Shown: positions 27,343-36,366 of the stretch, in pieces | How positions within the stretch are numbered: position 1 is the stretch's first letter | Layout: every line of letters starts with the position of its first letter | Assembly (NCBI GenBank): GCA_014730175.1 | Contig: WJIR01000314.1 | Span: 92-64,091 of the forward strand | DNA: 64,000 nucleotides | Direction of reading: 5' to 3' | Source of the DNA: Candidatus Zixiibacteriota bacterium | Lineage (GTDB): Bacteria; Zixibacteria; MSB-5A5; UM-FILTER-46-8 | Translations under genes and position numbers: made by a program | Notes under the pieces: generated by a model | Databases searched by the model: none | Told to the model about the DNA's origin: nothing | Seen by the model: only the letters and a program-made list of their open reading frames with translations

Positions 27343-28671
27343 TTATTTAACCAACGTCATTGATTTCGTTTCCATTATTCCCGGCGCCGATAAACGATAG
27401 AAATATTTACCGCTGGGTAAGCCGTTGGCGTTGAAGGTTACCGTGTGGGAACCGGCGTGATAAATATCATGTGTTATTGTCGTAACCTCCTTTCCTAACA
27501 TATCATATAGTCTGATATCAATGGGCGCGCTCCGACGCGTCTTGAACCTGATAGACGTGGTTGCATTAAATGGATTCGGATAATTCTGCTCCAGAGCAAT
27601 TGCATCGGGTACGCCGTTCAAATCCGAGTAATGCGGCTTTGAGGATATAGAACCGCCTATAGGTTGTTCGGGAAGTTCGATAATCTCAACATCATCCAAA
27701 CTCGATACACCCAATCCCAGCTCTATCGCCCTATCTATTGTTGGTTCTATCATCTCCGCATCGAAAGTAGGATCGTATTCTTGCATCACCTGTGCGCAAT
27801 ACAAGTCGGTCGCAATTATATCGCCACAGAGAATAAGTAAGTTGGCATCGGCGAGAATTGTGTCCTCATTTGGAGTAGGTCCATAAATTGTCATGATGGT
27901 GCGGGCATCCACAATACATAACTCCGGATTAACCAATCCTGCTAATTCCGCTATATCCTGAAAAAGATGTTCATCGTTGTTCTCATGTATATATGAACGC
28001 GTACCTACTCGATATGGACCATTGACGGTCCCAACATGATTTTTCAGGCAGCATGTCAATTTGGCGTGTTCGCGGCCATGTCTCTTTAGCGTCGGCATAT
28101 TGATAACGATCGATGAATCATATATATCGCTCCAAACTTCAAAATCCGGCTTCTGAGGATGCCATGATAGCCTTCTGACATTATAAGTTTGTTCAAACAT
28201 CACCGGCACACCTCCGGCCTGACTTACAATCCCTTCGACATCAAGGTAGGGATATACTATATCGGCAGGGAGATATCCCTGATCCCCTACCTTAATTGAG
28301 CCCGAAGATACCTGCTTTATTACTTGTATCACCTCGACAATCGCTTCCAGCGACGTTGTTGTGGGATAGTACTGGTCAACCACAAAATTCGGATTTATGA
28401 GACAATCCTGATTTCCGTCGAAAAGCAAATCCAATCCGCCCAATGCACTTAAACCGGTATGCAGCATGGCTCTTAAATCAGTGCCTTTGACCGCTGCTAA
28501 AATCGGCTTGCCTTCATTGTTTACAAACGGATTCGGGATTCGCTCCCGTGGTCCCACGGTTTTACCGCTTGCGGCAAAAATATAGCTGTAAGGATGAAAT
28601 GCAATTAGAGATGCCGCTCCTCCGGACAGGATTTTCAGAAAATCCCTCCTGGAATTAGATTTGTTCCACAT
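27343..28671 (-). CDS. DUF362-domain protein with a Tat signal and T9SS sorting domain (tandem paralog of the gene at 25935..27257)
   Basis: N-terminus MWNKSNSRRDFLKILSGGAASLIAF (a textbook SRRxFLK motif) and the same DUF362 core; the C-terminus LEQNYPNPFNATTSIRF…GKYFYRLSAPGIMETKSMTLVK is a T9SS sorting domain. Roughly 45-50% identical to the neighbouring gene by eye. Confidence 0.6.
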   Translation of the reverse strand: MWNKSNSRRDFLKILSGGAASLIAFHPYSYIFAASGKTVGPRERIPNPFVNNEGKPILAAVKGTDLRAMLHTGLSALGGLDLLFDGNQDCLINPNFVVDQYYPTTTSLEAIVEVIQVIKQVSSGSIKVGDQGYLPADIVYPYLDVEGIVSQAGGVPVMFEQTYNVRRLSWHPQKPDFEVWSDIYDSSIVINMPTLKRHGREHAKLTCCLKNHVGTVNGPYRVGTRSYIHENNDEHLFQDIAELAGLVNPELCIVDARTIMTIYGPTPNEDTILADANLLILCGDIIATDLYCAQVMQEYDPTFDAEMIEPTIDRAIELGLGVSSLDDVEIIELPEQPIGGSISSKPHYSDLNGVPDAIALEQNYPNPFNATTSIRFKTRRSAPIDIRLYDMLGKEVTTITHDIYHAGSHTVTFNANGLPSGKYFYRLSAPGIMETKSMTLVK

Positions 28672-29070
28672 GTAAACCTCATGTTTTTATTATTACATTT
28701 GTTAGACGTTTCATTCGGTGTCTTAAACCACGCGGATTTCAAATAGGAGATATTATCAGTATACATCAACAACACGAAAGGAGATAAATTCTTAACACCC
28801 GGAACAGGTATCTCCCGTATGTATCATTGCGTCGGGGATGATTACCAATATCCCTATTAATTCGCTATAGGATAGCAAATGTCTCCGCTAAAAAATAGCA
28901 ATTTAGTCTAACGGAGAACTACCTTCGCAGACCGCTACGATATGAATTTTTCAAATAACATCTTTGTCTGAAAAGAAAAGGAAGCTGACAAAGGATCGAA
29001 TCAATGCATCACAACTATAGTAGTTTTGCTAAAGATAAAATGGATTCCTGTTTTGTCAAGAAATTTTAGA

Positions 29071-29242
29071 TGAATAATTCGGGTTTGAATTATTCATAAA
29101 AAACATTAATTCGTAGCCGAAGGTTTGTCCATCGGTAGCTCAAGTGAATTAGAATATTTACAGACTGTAATTGAGAATTACAAAGAAATGCCGGAAGCGC
29201 AAGGCTTCCGCTGCCGGTGACTAAATTTATGAATAATACAGG
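29071..29242 (+). repeat. MITE-like repeat, copy A (partly degraded, with a duplicated terminus at the left junction)
   Basis: About 90% identical over ~150 bp to copy B at 36213..36366, including the internal hairpin GGAAGC-GCAAG-GCTTCC. The left end reads TGAATAATTCGGGTT directly abutting GAATTATTCATAAA, and the right end reads TTTATGAATAATACAGG. Confidence 0.6.
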
Positions 29243-29617
29243 CTAAATCCGAAGAATGTACGCAAATCAGAATCCTTAAACCGGCGGGATAACCGGCTCG
29301 GCAGGAATCCAATCTCGAGATCGCTCCGGATATTAATCCGGATGGGAAGTGACTATCGGATACTGAAGAATATCCCGAGATGCACTGCTGAAGATGGAAA
29401 AAAACGATTTCTGTAGATGATGATGAAAAATGGGGTTGACAAATACCAATATGATTTATATGCATTTATAGTGGGCTGTTTCGGGTCCCATAGTGATTCG
29501 CCTCTTCCTGGAAGGAGTTCATAGGGCATATACCCGGAAGCCAGAAGCGGATAACATACTTTTCGAGCGATAATACTAAGAACGATTTCGAAGGAGATCT
29601 CTGAACTCTAACAGCTA

Positions 29618-30238
29618 ATGATTCATATGCCAAAATCTTATTCCATACCATCAGCGATTGTGCTTGCAGCAGGGGAAGGATCAAGGATAGGAAAACCCAA
29701 AGCCATTCTTGAGATAAACGGACGTTTCTTTATTGAACGCGTCATCGACACTCTTATTCTGGCGGGAATCGATAATATAACGGTTGTGTTGGGCGCCGAG
29801 GCGGATAAGATTAAATCGATGACAGACTTGTCAATCGTTAATACCGTCATAAATGAGAACTATACCAACGGACAGTTTAGCTCGCTCCAAGCCGGTCTGA
29901 GCAATCTCAAAGCCGAAGGTGATCTAATCGTGTTCCCGGTTGATCACCCTCTTGTGGAGCCGGATACGGTTATGCAGTTACTGGATTCGGCTACCGAGCC
30001 CAGTAACACCAAGGCGGTCGTTCCGGTATTCAATGGCAAAAAGGGACATCCGGTTTTATTGACCAAATCAATGGTGAGGAAGGTACAGAAGGCAGCGAAT
30101 GGAGAAACTCTCCGAGATATTCTTTGGAACCATCCTTCCGCTGTTAAGCAAATTGGAGTCGATGATCCCGGAATACTTCAGAACATTGATACCGTCGAAG
30201 ACTATCAAGGTTTAATTCTAAAAGCGAGTGAAAATTAG
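29618..30238 (+). CDS. MobA-like NTP transferase (molybdenum cofactor nucleotidyltransferase MobA/MocA family)
   Basis: The N-terminus SAIVLAAGEGSRIGKPKAILEINGRFFIERVIDTL is the MobA-like GT-A nucleotidyltransferase signature. Confidence 0.65.
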   Translation: MIHMPKSYSIPSAIVLAAGEGSRIGKPKAILEINGRFFIERVIDTLILAGIDNITVVLGAEADKIKSMTDLSIVNTVINENYTNGQFSSLQAGLSNLKAEGDLIVFPVDHPLVEPDTVMQLLDSATEPSNTKAVVPVFNGKKGHPVLLTKSMVRKVQKAANGETLRDILWNHPSAVKQIGVDDPGILQNIDTVEDYQGLILKASEN

Positions 30239-30408
30239 GGGAACAACTTTATTCCTTATGAAAGGTATACCCGACAGCCCTGAATATTCCTACTTGTCGA
30301 AGTTCATTCCGGCGCGTACGGAGCTGACATCGGAGTGCGACGGTTTAAGAAGCAGGCGGAAGGCTTTGTCCTTCTACATATATTCTCCCTAAGAAAGAGA
30401 ATAGACCA

Positions 30409-31734
30409 TTGTCGATAGAGGAGGACTCTATGAAAGGCTTTTTTCAATTCGATAGCGTCGGCGCCACTTACGGAAAGGAAATTATCGGGGGTTTAACCAC
30501 CTTTGTAACGACCGCATATATTATCGTTGTCAATCCCGCTATTCTGGAAGCTGCCGGGATTCCCCGCGGTCCTTCGATGGTCGCTACTATCTTAACCGCC
30601 GTATTCGGCACCTTGCTGATGGGCATTTATGCAAAGCGTCCGTTCGCTATTGCGCCATACATGGGCGAGAATGCTTTTATCGCCTATACGGTTTGTGGAG
30701 TTTTAGGATATTCCTGGCAGACAGCCCTTGGCGCCATTTTCATCAGCGGCGTTGCTTTCACCTTACTCACACTGGTTGGGGCGAGAAAATATCTGGCGGA
30801 ATCGATACCTTTCAGCCTCAAGAACGCATTTTCTGTTGGGATCGGCTTATTCCTCACATTTATTGGATTGAATGAGACAGGAATTGTGGAACTGGGAGTT
30901 CCGGGCGCGCCTGTCACCTTCGGTAATATTGCATCGACGAACGTGATAATCGCCATTATCGGACTAATGCTGATAACCATTTTTCTATTGAAACGAATTC
31001 CCGGCGGAATGCTCTTAGGTATCATCGGCGCCGCAATTTTAGCCTTCATTCTTAAAACCGCTCCATTGCCCGAGAAAATAATCTCCATGCCCCCGGACAT
31101 TACGGAAATCTTGTTTCATCTCGATATAAAAGGCGCTCTCACCTGGGGATTTTTCTCGGTTATCCTGACGGTTTTCGTTATGGACTTTGTCGATACCATG
31201 GGTACATTAATCGGAGTATCTTCCCTGGCAGGATTGTTGGACAAGGATGGAAACCTTCCGGAGATAGAAAAACCGATGCTGGTCGATTCCACCAGCACTA
31301 TCTTAGCATCTTTCCTGGGAACCACTACCGCCGGATGCTACATTGAATCAGCCGCCGGTATAAACGCCGGCGCCCGTACCGGATTCGCCTCGATAGTTAC
31401 CGGCTTGCTGTTTTTACTGGCTTTGTTTTTCGCCCCATTTTTGACGGCGATACCACCGGAAGCCTACGGACCCGCGCTTATCGTTGTCGGCTTCATCATG
31501 TTCAAACCGATCACCGGCATTAAGTTCGATGATTTCAGCGAACTTATCCCTGGGGCGTTGACCATAACGCTTATGTCATTCACTTTCAACATCGGAATCG
31601 GGATGACTGCCGGCTTCATCTTTTACCCCTTACTGAAGCTGTTAACCGGTAAAGCAAGAGAGATACATCCGGGAATGTATATACTTTTTGTACTCTCATT
31701 GCTATTCTACATTTTCTATCCTTATGGCGGGTAG
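30409..31734 (+). CDS. NCS2-family purine permease (AzgA/PbuG-like guanine/hypoxanthine/adenine transporter)
   Basis: Has 12-14 TM segments and an N-terminus …GKEIIGGLTTFVTTAYIIVVNPAIL… typical of the AzgA subfamily. Confidence 0.85.
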   Translation: MSIEEDSMKGFFQFDSVGATYGKEIIGGLTTFVTTAYIIVVNPAILEAAGIPRGPSMVATILTAVFGTLLMGIYAKRPFAIAPYMGENAFIAYTVCGVLGYSWQTALGAIFISGVAFTLLTLVGARKYLAESIPFSLKNAFSVGIGLFLTFIGLNETGIVELGVPGAPVTFGNIASTNVIIAIIGLMLITIFLLKRIPGGMLLGIIGAAILAFILKTAPLPEKIISMPPDITEILFHLDIKGALTWGFFSVILTVFVMDFVDTMGTLIGVSSLAGLLDKDGNLPEIEKPMLVDSTSTILASFLGTTTAGCYIESAAGINAGARTGFASIVTGLLFLLALFFAPFLTAIPPEAYGPALIVVGFIMFKPITGIKFDDFSELIPGALTITLMSFTFNIGIGMTAGFIFYPLLKLLTGKAREIHPGMYILFVLSLLFYIFYPYGG

Positions 31735-31933
31735 AGGTTAGATTTAGTAGAATCGCTCTTCATTGCATACCGGTGGTCAGCGCTCCAGCGCTGACACGGA
31801 TTCGCGGCGATTATTTATTAACGGTCATTAGTTCGGAATTCGCTTAACTCACCATTTGATTGAAAGGACCAAACTAACTATTGCATCAAGAATTGTTTTG
31901 GGGTAATTTAGATACTCACCAAAGGAGGAAATT

Positions 31934-33679
31934 ATGAGCGAAAATCCTTTTGCCAGAAGAAATAAAAAAGAGATTGCGGAATTGGTTCATGTAGCGTCCG
32001 GAAGAAATCCGGCAGACCTCTGTCTTGATAACGCCAGGATTGTTAACGTGTATTCAGGTGAGGTTATAGAAGGCTCCGTTGCCGTTTACGGAGATAGAAT
32101 TGCCGGGGTGGGACCTGATTATGACGCCCGAGAGAGAGTCGATCTGGAGGGAGCATATATAGCTCCCGGATTTATCGATGCTCACTTCCATCTGGAATCA
32201 TCCATGGTTACAGTACCGGAGTTTACGCGCGCGGTCCTTCCTCTCGGTACTACTTCAGCTGTTGCCGATCCGCATGAGATCGCCAATGTATTCGGCTACA
32301 ACGGTATCAGGTTCATGCTGGAGTCTTCTAAATATAATCCGATGAACGTATTTTTCACCATGCCGTCCTGCGTTCCGGCAACCAGCATGGAGACATCGGG
32401 CGCGGAGATGGAAGCATTCGATCTCTACCCGTTTCTCCGGGAAAAATGGGTGGTGGGATTGGGCGAGGTGATGAACTACCCCGGTGTCCTGAAGGGTGAT
32501 CCCGACACACTTGATAAAATCGCTATCTATTCGGAAAAGCGTTTGGAGGGACACGCTCCCGGTTTGTCCGGTAAGCAACTCGCCGGTTACATCTCGACCG
32601 GTATAAGCTCCGATCACGAGGCTACCACAATAGAGGAAGCCCGCGAGAAATTAAGGCTGGGTATGTATGTTATGATAAGGGAAGGTTCTGCGGCAAAGAA
32701 CCTGATTGATCTCCTTCCATTGGTAACCTGCGAGAACAAATCGCGATTTATGCTGGTAACCGATGATCACAATCCGGTGGATATCATCAGACATGGTCAC
32801 ATGGATGGAGTGGTGCGTAAAGCGATAAAAAACGGCTTGGAGCCGATCACTGCCATACAGCTTGCCACACTTAATCCGGCGGAGTATTTCGGTTTGCGTG
32901 ATCTGGGGGCAATCGCTCCCGGTAAGTTGGCTGACCTGATCGTCTTCAACAACTTCGAAGACATCAAGATTCACGCCGTTTATAAGAATGGTTCATTGGT
33001 TGCGCGAAAAGGAAAACCGGTTTATGTCGATCCTCCGCGACCTCGTCCGGCGCTACGGAGTTCTGTAAATATTAAATGGCTCGAGGGAGGTGAATTCGAG
33101 TATCCCGCGGGTAAAGGTAAATGCCGTGTCATGAAGATAATACCGGAACAGATCGTTACCGACACTTTGCTGGTGGAGCCTAAAATCGAAGACGGCAAAA
33201 TCGTCTCGGATGTGGATAATGATATCTTGAAGGTCTGCGTAATTGAACGTCATACCGCTTCCGGCCGCATAGGCAAAGGATTGGTGCAAGGGTTCGGTAT
33301 TAAAACCGGCGCAGTCGCCAGCACAGTTGCCCATGATTCCCACAACATCATCGTGGTCGGAGTCAGTGATGAGGATATAGCTCGAGCGGTAGTTCGCCTT
33401 AACAAAATCGGCGGCGGAATCTCCGTTATCAAGAATGGTAAACCGCTGGAGGAGTTGGAACTGCCGATAGCGGGGTTGATGTCGGAACGCCCATTGTTGG
33501 TGGTTGCCGAAAAAATAGAGAGGATCACCAAGGCAATAAAAGAGCTCGGATCGTCATTGGATGACCCGCTGATGACCCTCAGCTTTTTGGCGTTACCGGT
33601 TATTCCCAAACTTAAACTCACCGACAGGGGCCTGGTTAATGTGGACACTTTCGATTATGTAAATCTCTTCGAAGCATAA
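31934..33679 (+). CDS. ade: adenine deaminase
   Basis: Amidohydrolase-superfamily N-terminus NARIVNVYSGEVIEGSVAVYGDRIAGVG…GAYIAPGFIDAHFHLESSMV and an overall length and layout matching Ade. Confidence 0.85.
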   Translation: MSENPFARRNKKEIAELVHVASGRNPADLCLDNARIVNVYSGEVIEGSVAVYGDRIAGVGPDYDARERVDLEGAYIAPGFIDAHFHLESSMVTVPEFTRAVLPLGTTSAVADPHEIANVFGYNGIRFMLESSKYNPMNVFFTMPSCVPATSMETSGAEMEAFDLYPFLREKWVVGLGEVMNYPGVLKGDPDTLDKIAIYSEKRLEGHAPGLSGKQLAGYISTGISSDHEATTIEEAREKLRLGMYVMIREGSAAKNLIDLLPLVTCENKSRFMLVTDDHNPVDIIRHGHMDGVVRKAIKNGLEPITAIQLATLNPAEYFGLRDLGAIAPGKLADLIVFNNFEDIKIHAVYKNGSLVARKGKPVYVDPPRPRPALRSSVNIKWLEGGEFEYPAGKGKCRVMKIIPEQIVTDTLLVEPKIEDGKIVSDVDNDILKVCVIERHTASGRIGKGLVQGFGIKTGAVASTVAHDSHNIIVVGVSDEDIARAVVRLNKIGGGISVIKNGKPLEELELPIAGLMSERPLLVVAEKIERITKAIKELGSSLDDPLMTLSFLALPVIPKLKLTDRGLVNVDTFDYVNLFEA

Positions 33680-33720
33680 GCAAAGTTTGGACATTTGTCG
33701 AGGATACATTCAAAACAACT

Positions 33721-35751
33721 ATGAAAAAGCTGTGCCTGTTATTAACAATAATCTGTATTGCCTGTCCTGACGCACAGGCAAAAAGAAAAATCACTTTCAA
33801 TGATTTATTCGCTTATCCCATGGTCGGGGATTTTAGATTATCACCCAATGGTAGTAAGATAGCTTTCGTGCTGACCGAACATGATACGCTTACAGGAGAA
33901 TCCCATTCGAGCATTCACATCGTAGATTCCCATGGCGGTAAACCGCGGAAACTTACTAATCGCATCGAACACGTTTCTAATGTCAGGTGGTCACCGAACG
34001 GGAATTGTATATTATTCATTTCCAATAGGGATACCGATAGTAATCAAGCCTGGCGGATAAATATCGATGGCGGTGAATCGGCACGGGTCACTTCAATTTC
34101 CACAGGAGTATCCAACGCGGAATGGTTTCCGGATGGTCAAAGGATACTGTTCACGTCGAATGTTTTCCCCGGCTGCCCGACAGACAGTTGTAACCAGGCG
34201 GAACAAAAGAAGCGGGATGAAAGGCAAACAAGCGGGATGCTCTATGACAAGCTTCCCTTTCGTCATTATAATCACTGGCTCGGAGACAAAGTCGGGCATC
34301 TGATCGTTCACGATTTGAGGGACGGAAGCTATAAGGACATCACGCCGGAAGAAGTAGAAGTCCCTCCTTTCGCCCTCGCCGGATCGCCTTACTACTCGAT
34401 TCATCCTGACGGAGAGCATATCAGCTTCGTAACCAATACCGACAGCAATCTCGCTTTGAGCACCAACAACGACATCTTTATTCTCAACCTGCGGGATAGC
34501 AGCTTGACAAGACTTACCGAAAACGAAGGTAATGATACATCACCGGTGTATTCGCCAAATGGACGTTACTTAGCCTATCTTTCGATGTCGCGCCCTGGAT
34601 ACGAATCGGACAGGCGAAGGCTGTTGATTTATGATATCGGGAAAAGGGAATTGCGAGATCTCACACCCGATTTTCATCTTTCGGTCGGCGGCATCCGTTG
34701 GGCTCCTGATTCAAAGGATATCTACTTCTCCGCGATAGAACGTGGAGGTAACTCACTTTTTAAAGTTTCCATTGGCGGCGGTAAGATTCAACGAATTCTC
34801 GACGGAACGGTACGATGGAATTATCAAGTATTCCCCGATGATAGAAGAATAGCATACATCCAAATAATGCCGGATCGTCCGGCGGAGCTTTTTGTGTATG
34901 ATACCAAAGACGAGACGGAAGCCCGCCTTACGTATTACACCGAGGAGCCATTCAGCCATATAAATATAGAACCTGCTCAGAACTTCTGGTTCAAGGGCGC
35001 TGACGATGTTCGAATTCAAGGCTATCTGACTCTCCCTACCGATTTCGATCCCGATAATAAGTATCCCTTGGTTCTTTTAATCCACGGAGGTCCCCAATGG
35101 ACCTGGTTGGATGAATTCAACTTTTACGGTTGGAATAAATACCTGGTAGCGGCGCAAGGCTATGCTGTTGCACAGATCGATCCCCACGGGAGTGTAGGTT
35201 ACGGGCAGGAATTCACCGATGCTGTCAGCGGTGACTGGGGCGGCAAGGACTACACCGATTTGATGCTCGGGATCGATTTCCTGATCAATAAACATGATTT
35301 TATCGATGGAAGCCGCTTAGCTGCTATGGGACGTTCTTATGGCGGATTCATGGTCAACTGGATTGCCGGGCAAACCGATCGCTTCAAATGCCTGGTTTGT
35401 GTTGATGGATTATTCGACCATGTTTTTGCTTATCTCACAACCGAAGAACTCTGGTTCCCCGAATGGGAATTCAATGGAACTCCATGGGAAAATCCTGACC
35501 TGTATATAGAACGCTCGCCTTCGACTTATTTGAATAATATTAGGACACCGATTTTGTTTGTACATGGGCAAAAGGACTACCGCGTAGATATCAGCCAGGC
35601 ATTAAGCGGTTTCACTGCCCTGCAGAGGAAGGGAGTAGATTCGCAGTTACTTTATTTCCCCAATGAAGGACATAGCATCCATCAAATGAAAAACCTGGAA
35701 TATTTCTACGAAGTGCAATTTGATTGGTTGGCGAAATACTTGAAGGAATAA
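33721..35751 (+). CDS. S9-family serine peptidase (prolyl oligopeptidase / acylaminoacyl peptidase type) with an N-terminal beta-propeller
   Basis: Signal peptide, TolB-like propeller repeats (WSPNGNCILF, YSPNGRYLAY), and a C-terminal alpha/beta-hydrolase domain with GRSYGGFM (GxSxGG) and a catalytic His near the C-terminus. Confidence 0.85.
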   Translation: MKKLCLLLTIICIACPDAQAKRKITFNDLFAYPMVGDFRLSPNGSKIAFVLTEHDTLTGESHSSIHIVDSHGGKPRKLTNRIEHVSNVRWSPNGNCILFISNRDTDSNQAWRINIDGGESARVTSISTGVSNAEWFPDGQRILFTSNVFPGCPTDSCNQAEQKKRDERQTSGMLYDKLPFRHYNHWLGDKVGHLIVHDLRDGSYKDITPEEVEVPPFALAGSPYYSIHPDGEHISFVTNTDSNLALSTNNDIFILNLRDSSLTRLTENEGNDTSPVYSPNGRYLAYLSMSRPGYESDRRRLLIYDIGKRELRDLTPDFHLSVGGIRWAPDSKDIYFSAIERGGNSLFKVSIGGGKIQRILDGTVRWNYQVFPDDRRIAYIQIMPDRPAELFVYDTKDETEARLTYYTEEPFSHINIEPAQNFWFKGADDVRIQGYLTLPTDFDPDNKYPLVLLIHGGPQWTWLDEFNFYGWNKYLVAAQGYAVAQIDPHGSVGYGQEFTDAVSGDWGGKDYTDLMLGIDFLINKHDFIDGSRLAAMGRSYGGFMVNWIAGQTDRFKCLVCVDGLFDHVFAYLTTEELWFPEWEFNGTPWENPDLYIERSPSTYLNNIRTPILFVHGQKDYRVDISQALSGFTALQRKGVDSQLLYFPNEGHSIHQMKNLEYFYEVQFDWLAKYLKE

Positions 35752-36146
35752 AAGCAATTAAGATCCTTCCTTAGGCGTAAAACGAAAAAAGCCCTTCAAT
35801 TCCCCAAGAATACCCAATTCTCGTTCGATTCTACTGTGCAATTAATGGACAGTTTTAACATAATATATGCAAAGCAATGCGCACATCGGGTATAAATTTA
35901 GACTATTTTATATGAGTATTTTCTGCGCGCAAAAAGACGGTAGCCTACTTGCTTAATATTCAATAGGTTATAAAAACCCATTAAAAGTGGCGATGAGAAC
36001 TGATTTGGCATAGATATTGCTCATTTATTGAACTGGAAAAGGTAGTACTGGTAGAGTAAAATCACTGATCAGTCAATTTCTAACATGTAATATCTTTTCA
36101 CTGGTAGTAGTAGCAACGGGTATAGTCCCTTATGCCCTTTGGGAGA

Positions 36147-36192
36147 GTGACCGTGTGAAGAACCTCAACTTTACGCGGTCACTTATTTTTTT
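36147..36192 (+). terminator. terminator-like hairpin plus T-tract in an ORF-free region
   Basis: GTGACCG…(22 nt loop)…CGGTCAC followed by TTATTTTTTT. The loop is large, so this is tentative. Confidence 0.3.
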
Positions 36193-36212
36193 GGCTATAT
36201 TTTTAACCCGTA

Positions 36213-36366
36213 TTATTCATAAAAAACACTAATTCGTAGCCGAAGGCTTGTCCTTCGGTAGCTCTAGTGAATTAGAATATTTACAGACTGTAATTGAAGA
36301 TTCCAAAGAAATACTGGAAGCGCAAGGCTTCCGCTACCGGTGACTAAATTTATGAATAATCCGGGT
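36213..36366 (+). repeat. MITE-like repeat, copy B (best preserved), with ~20 bp terminal inverted repeats
   Basis: The ends are inverted repeats: AACCCGTATTATTCATAAA … TTTATGAATAATCCGGGTT. Internal hairpins are CCGAAGG-CTTGT-CCTTCGG and GGAAGC-GCAAG-GCTTCC. The right TIR overlaps the stop codon of the TonB-receptor-like gene. Confidence 0.65.

Noticed and set aside
30239-30408. Possible purine riboswitch in the 170-nt gap upstream of the NCS2 purine permease.
   Set aside because: The hallmark purine-riboswitch elements (a GGAUAUGG-type P2 region and a CCGUAAAU-like J3-1 segment) are not present. I found only a short hairpin GAAGG-CTTTGT-CCTTC, which loosely resembles the MITE internal hairpin, and took that as coincidence.
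31776-31795. A perfect 8-bp hairpin GTCAGCGC-TCCA-GCGCTGAC after the NCS2 permease gene, as a possible terminator.
   Set aside because: It is not followed by a T-tract; the nearest T-rich run is about 20 nt away. Any attenuator or terminator role is unsupported, so it is not annotated.
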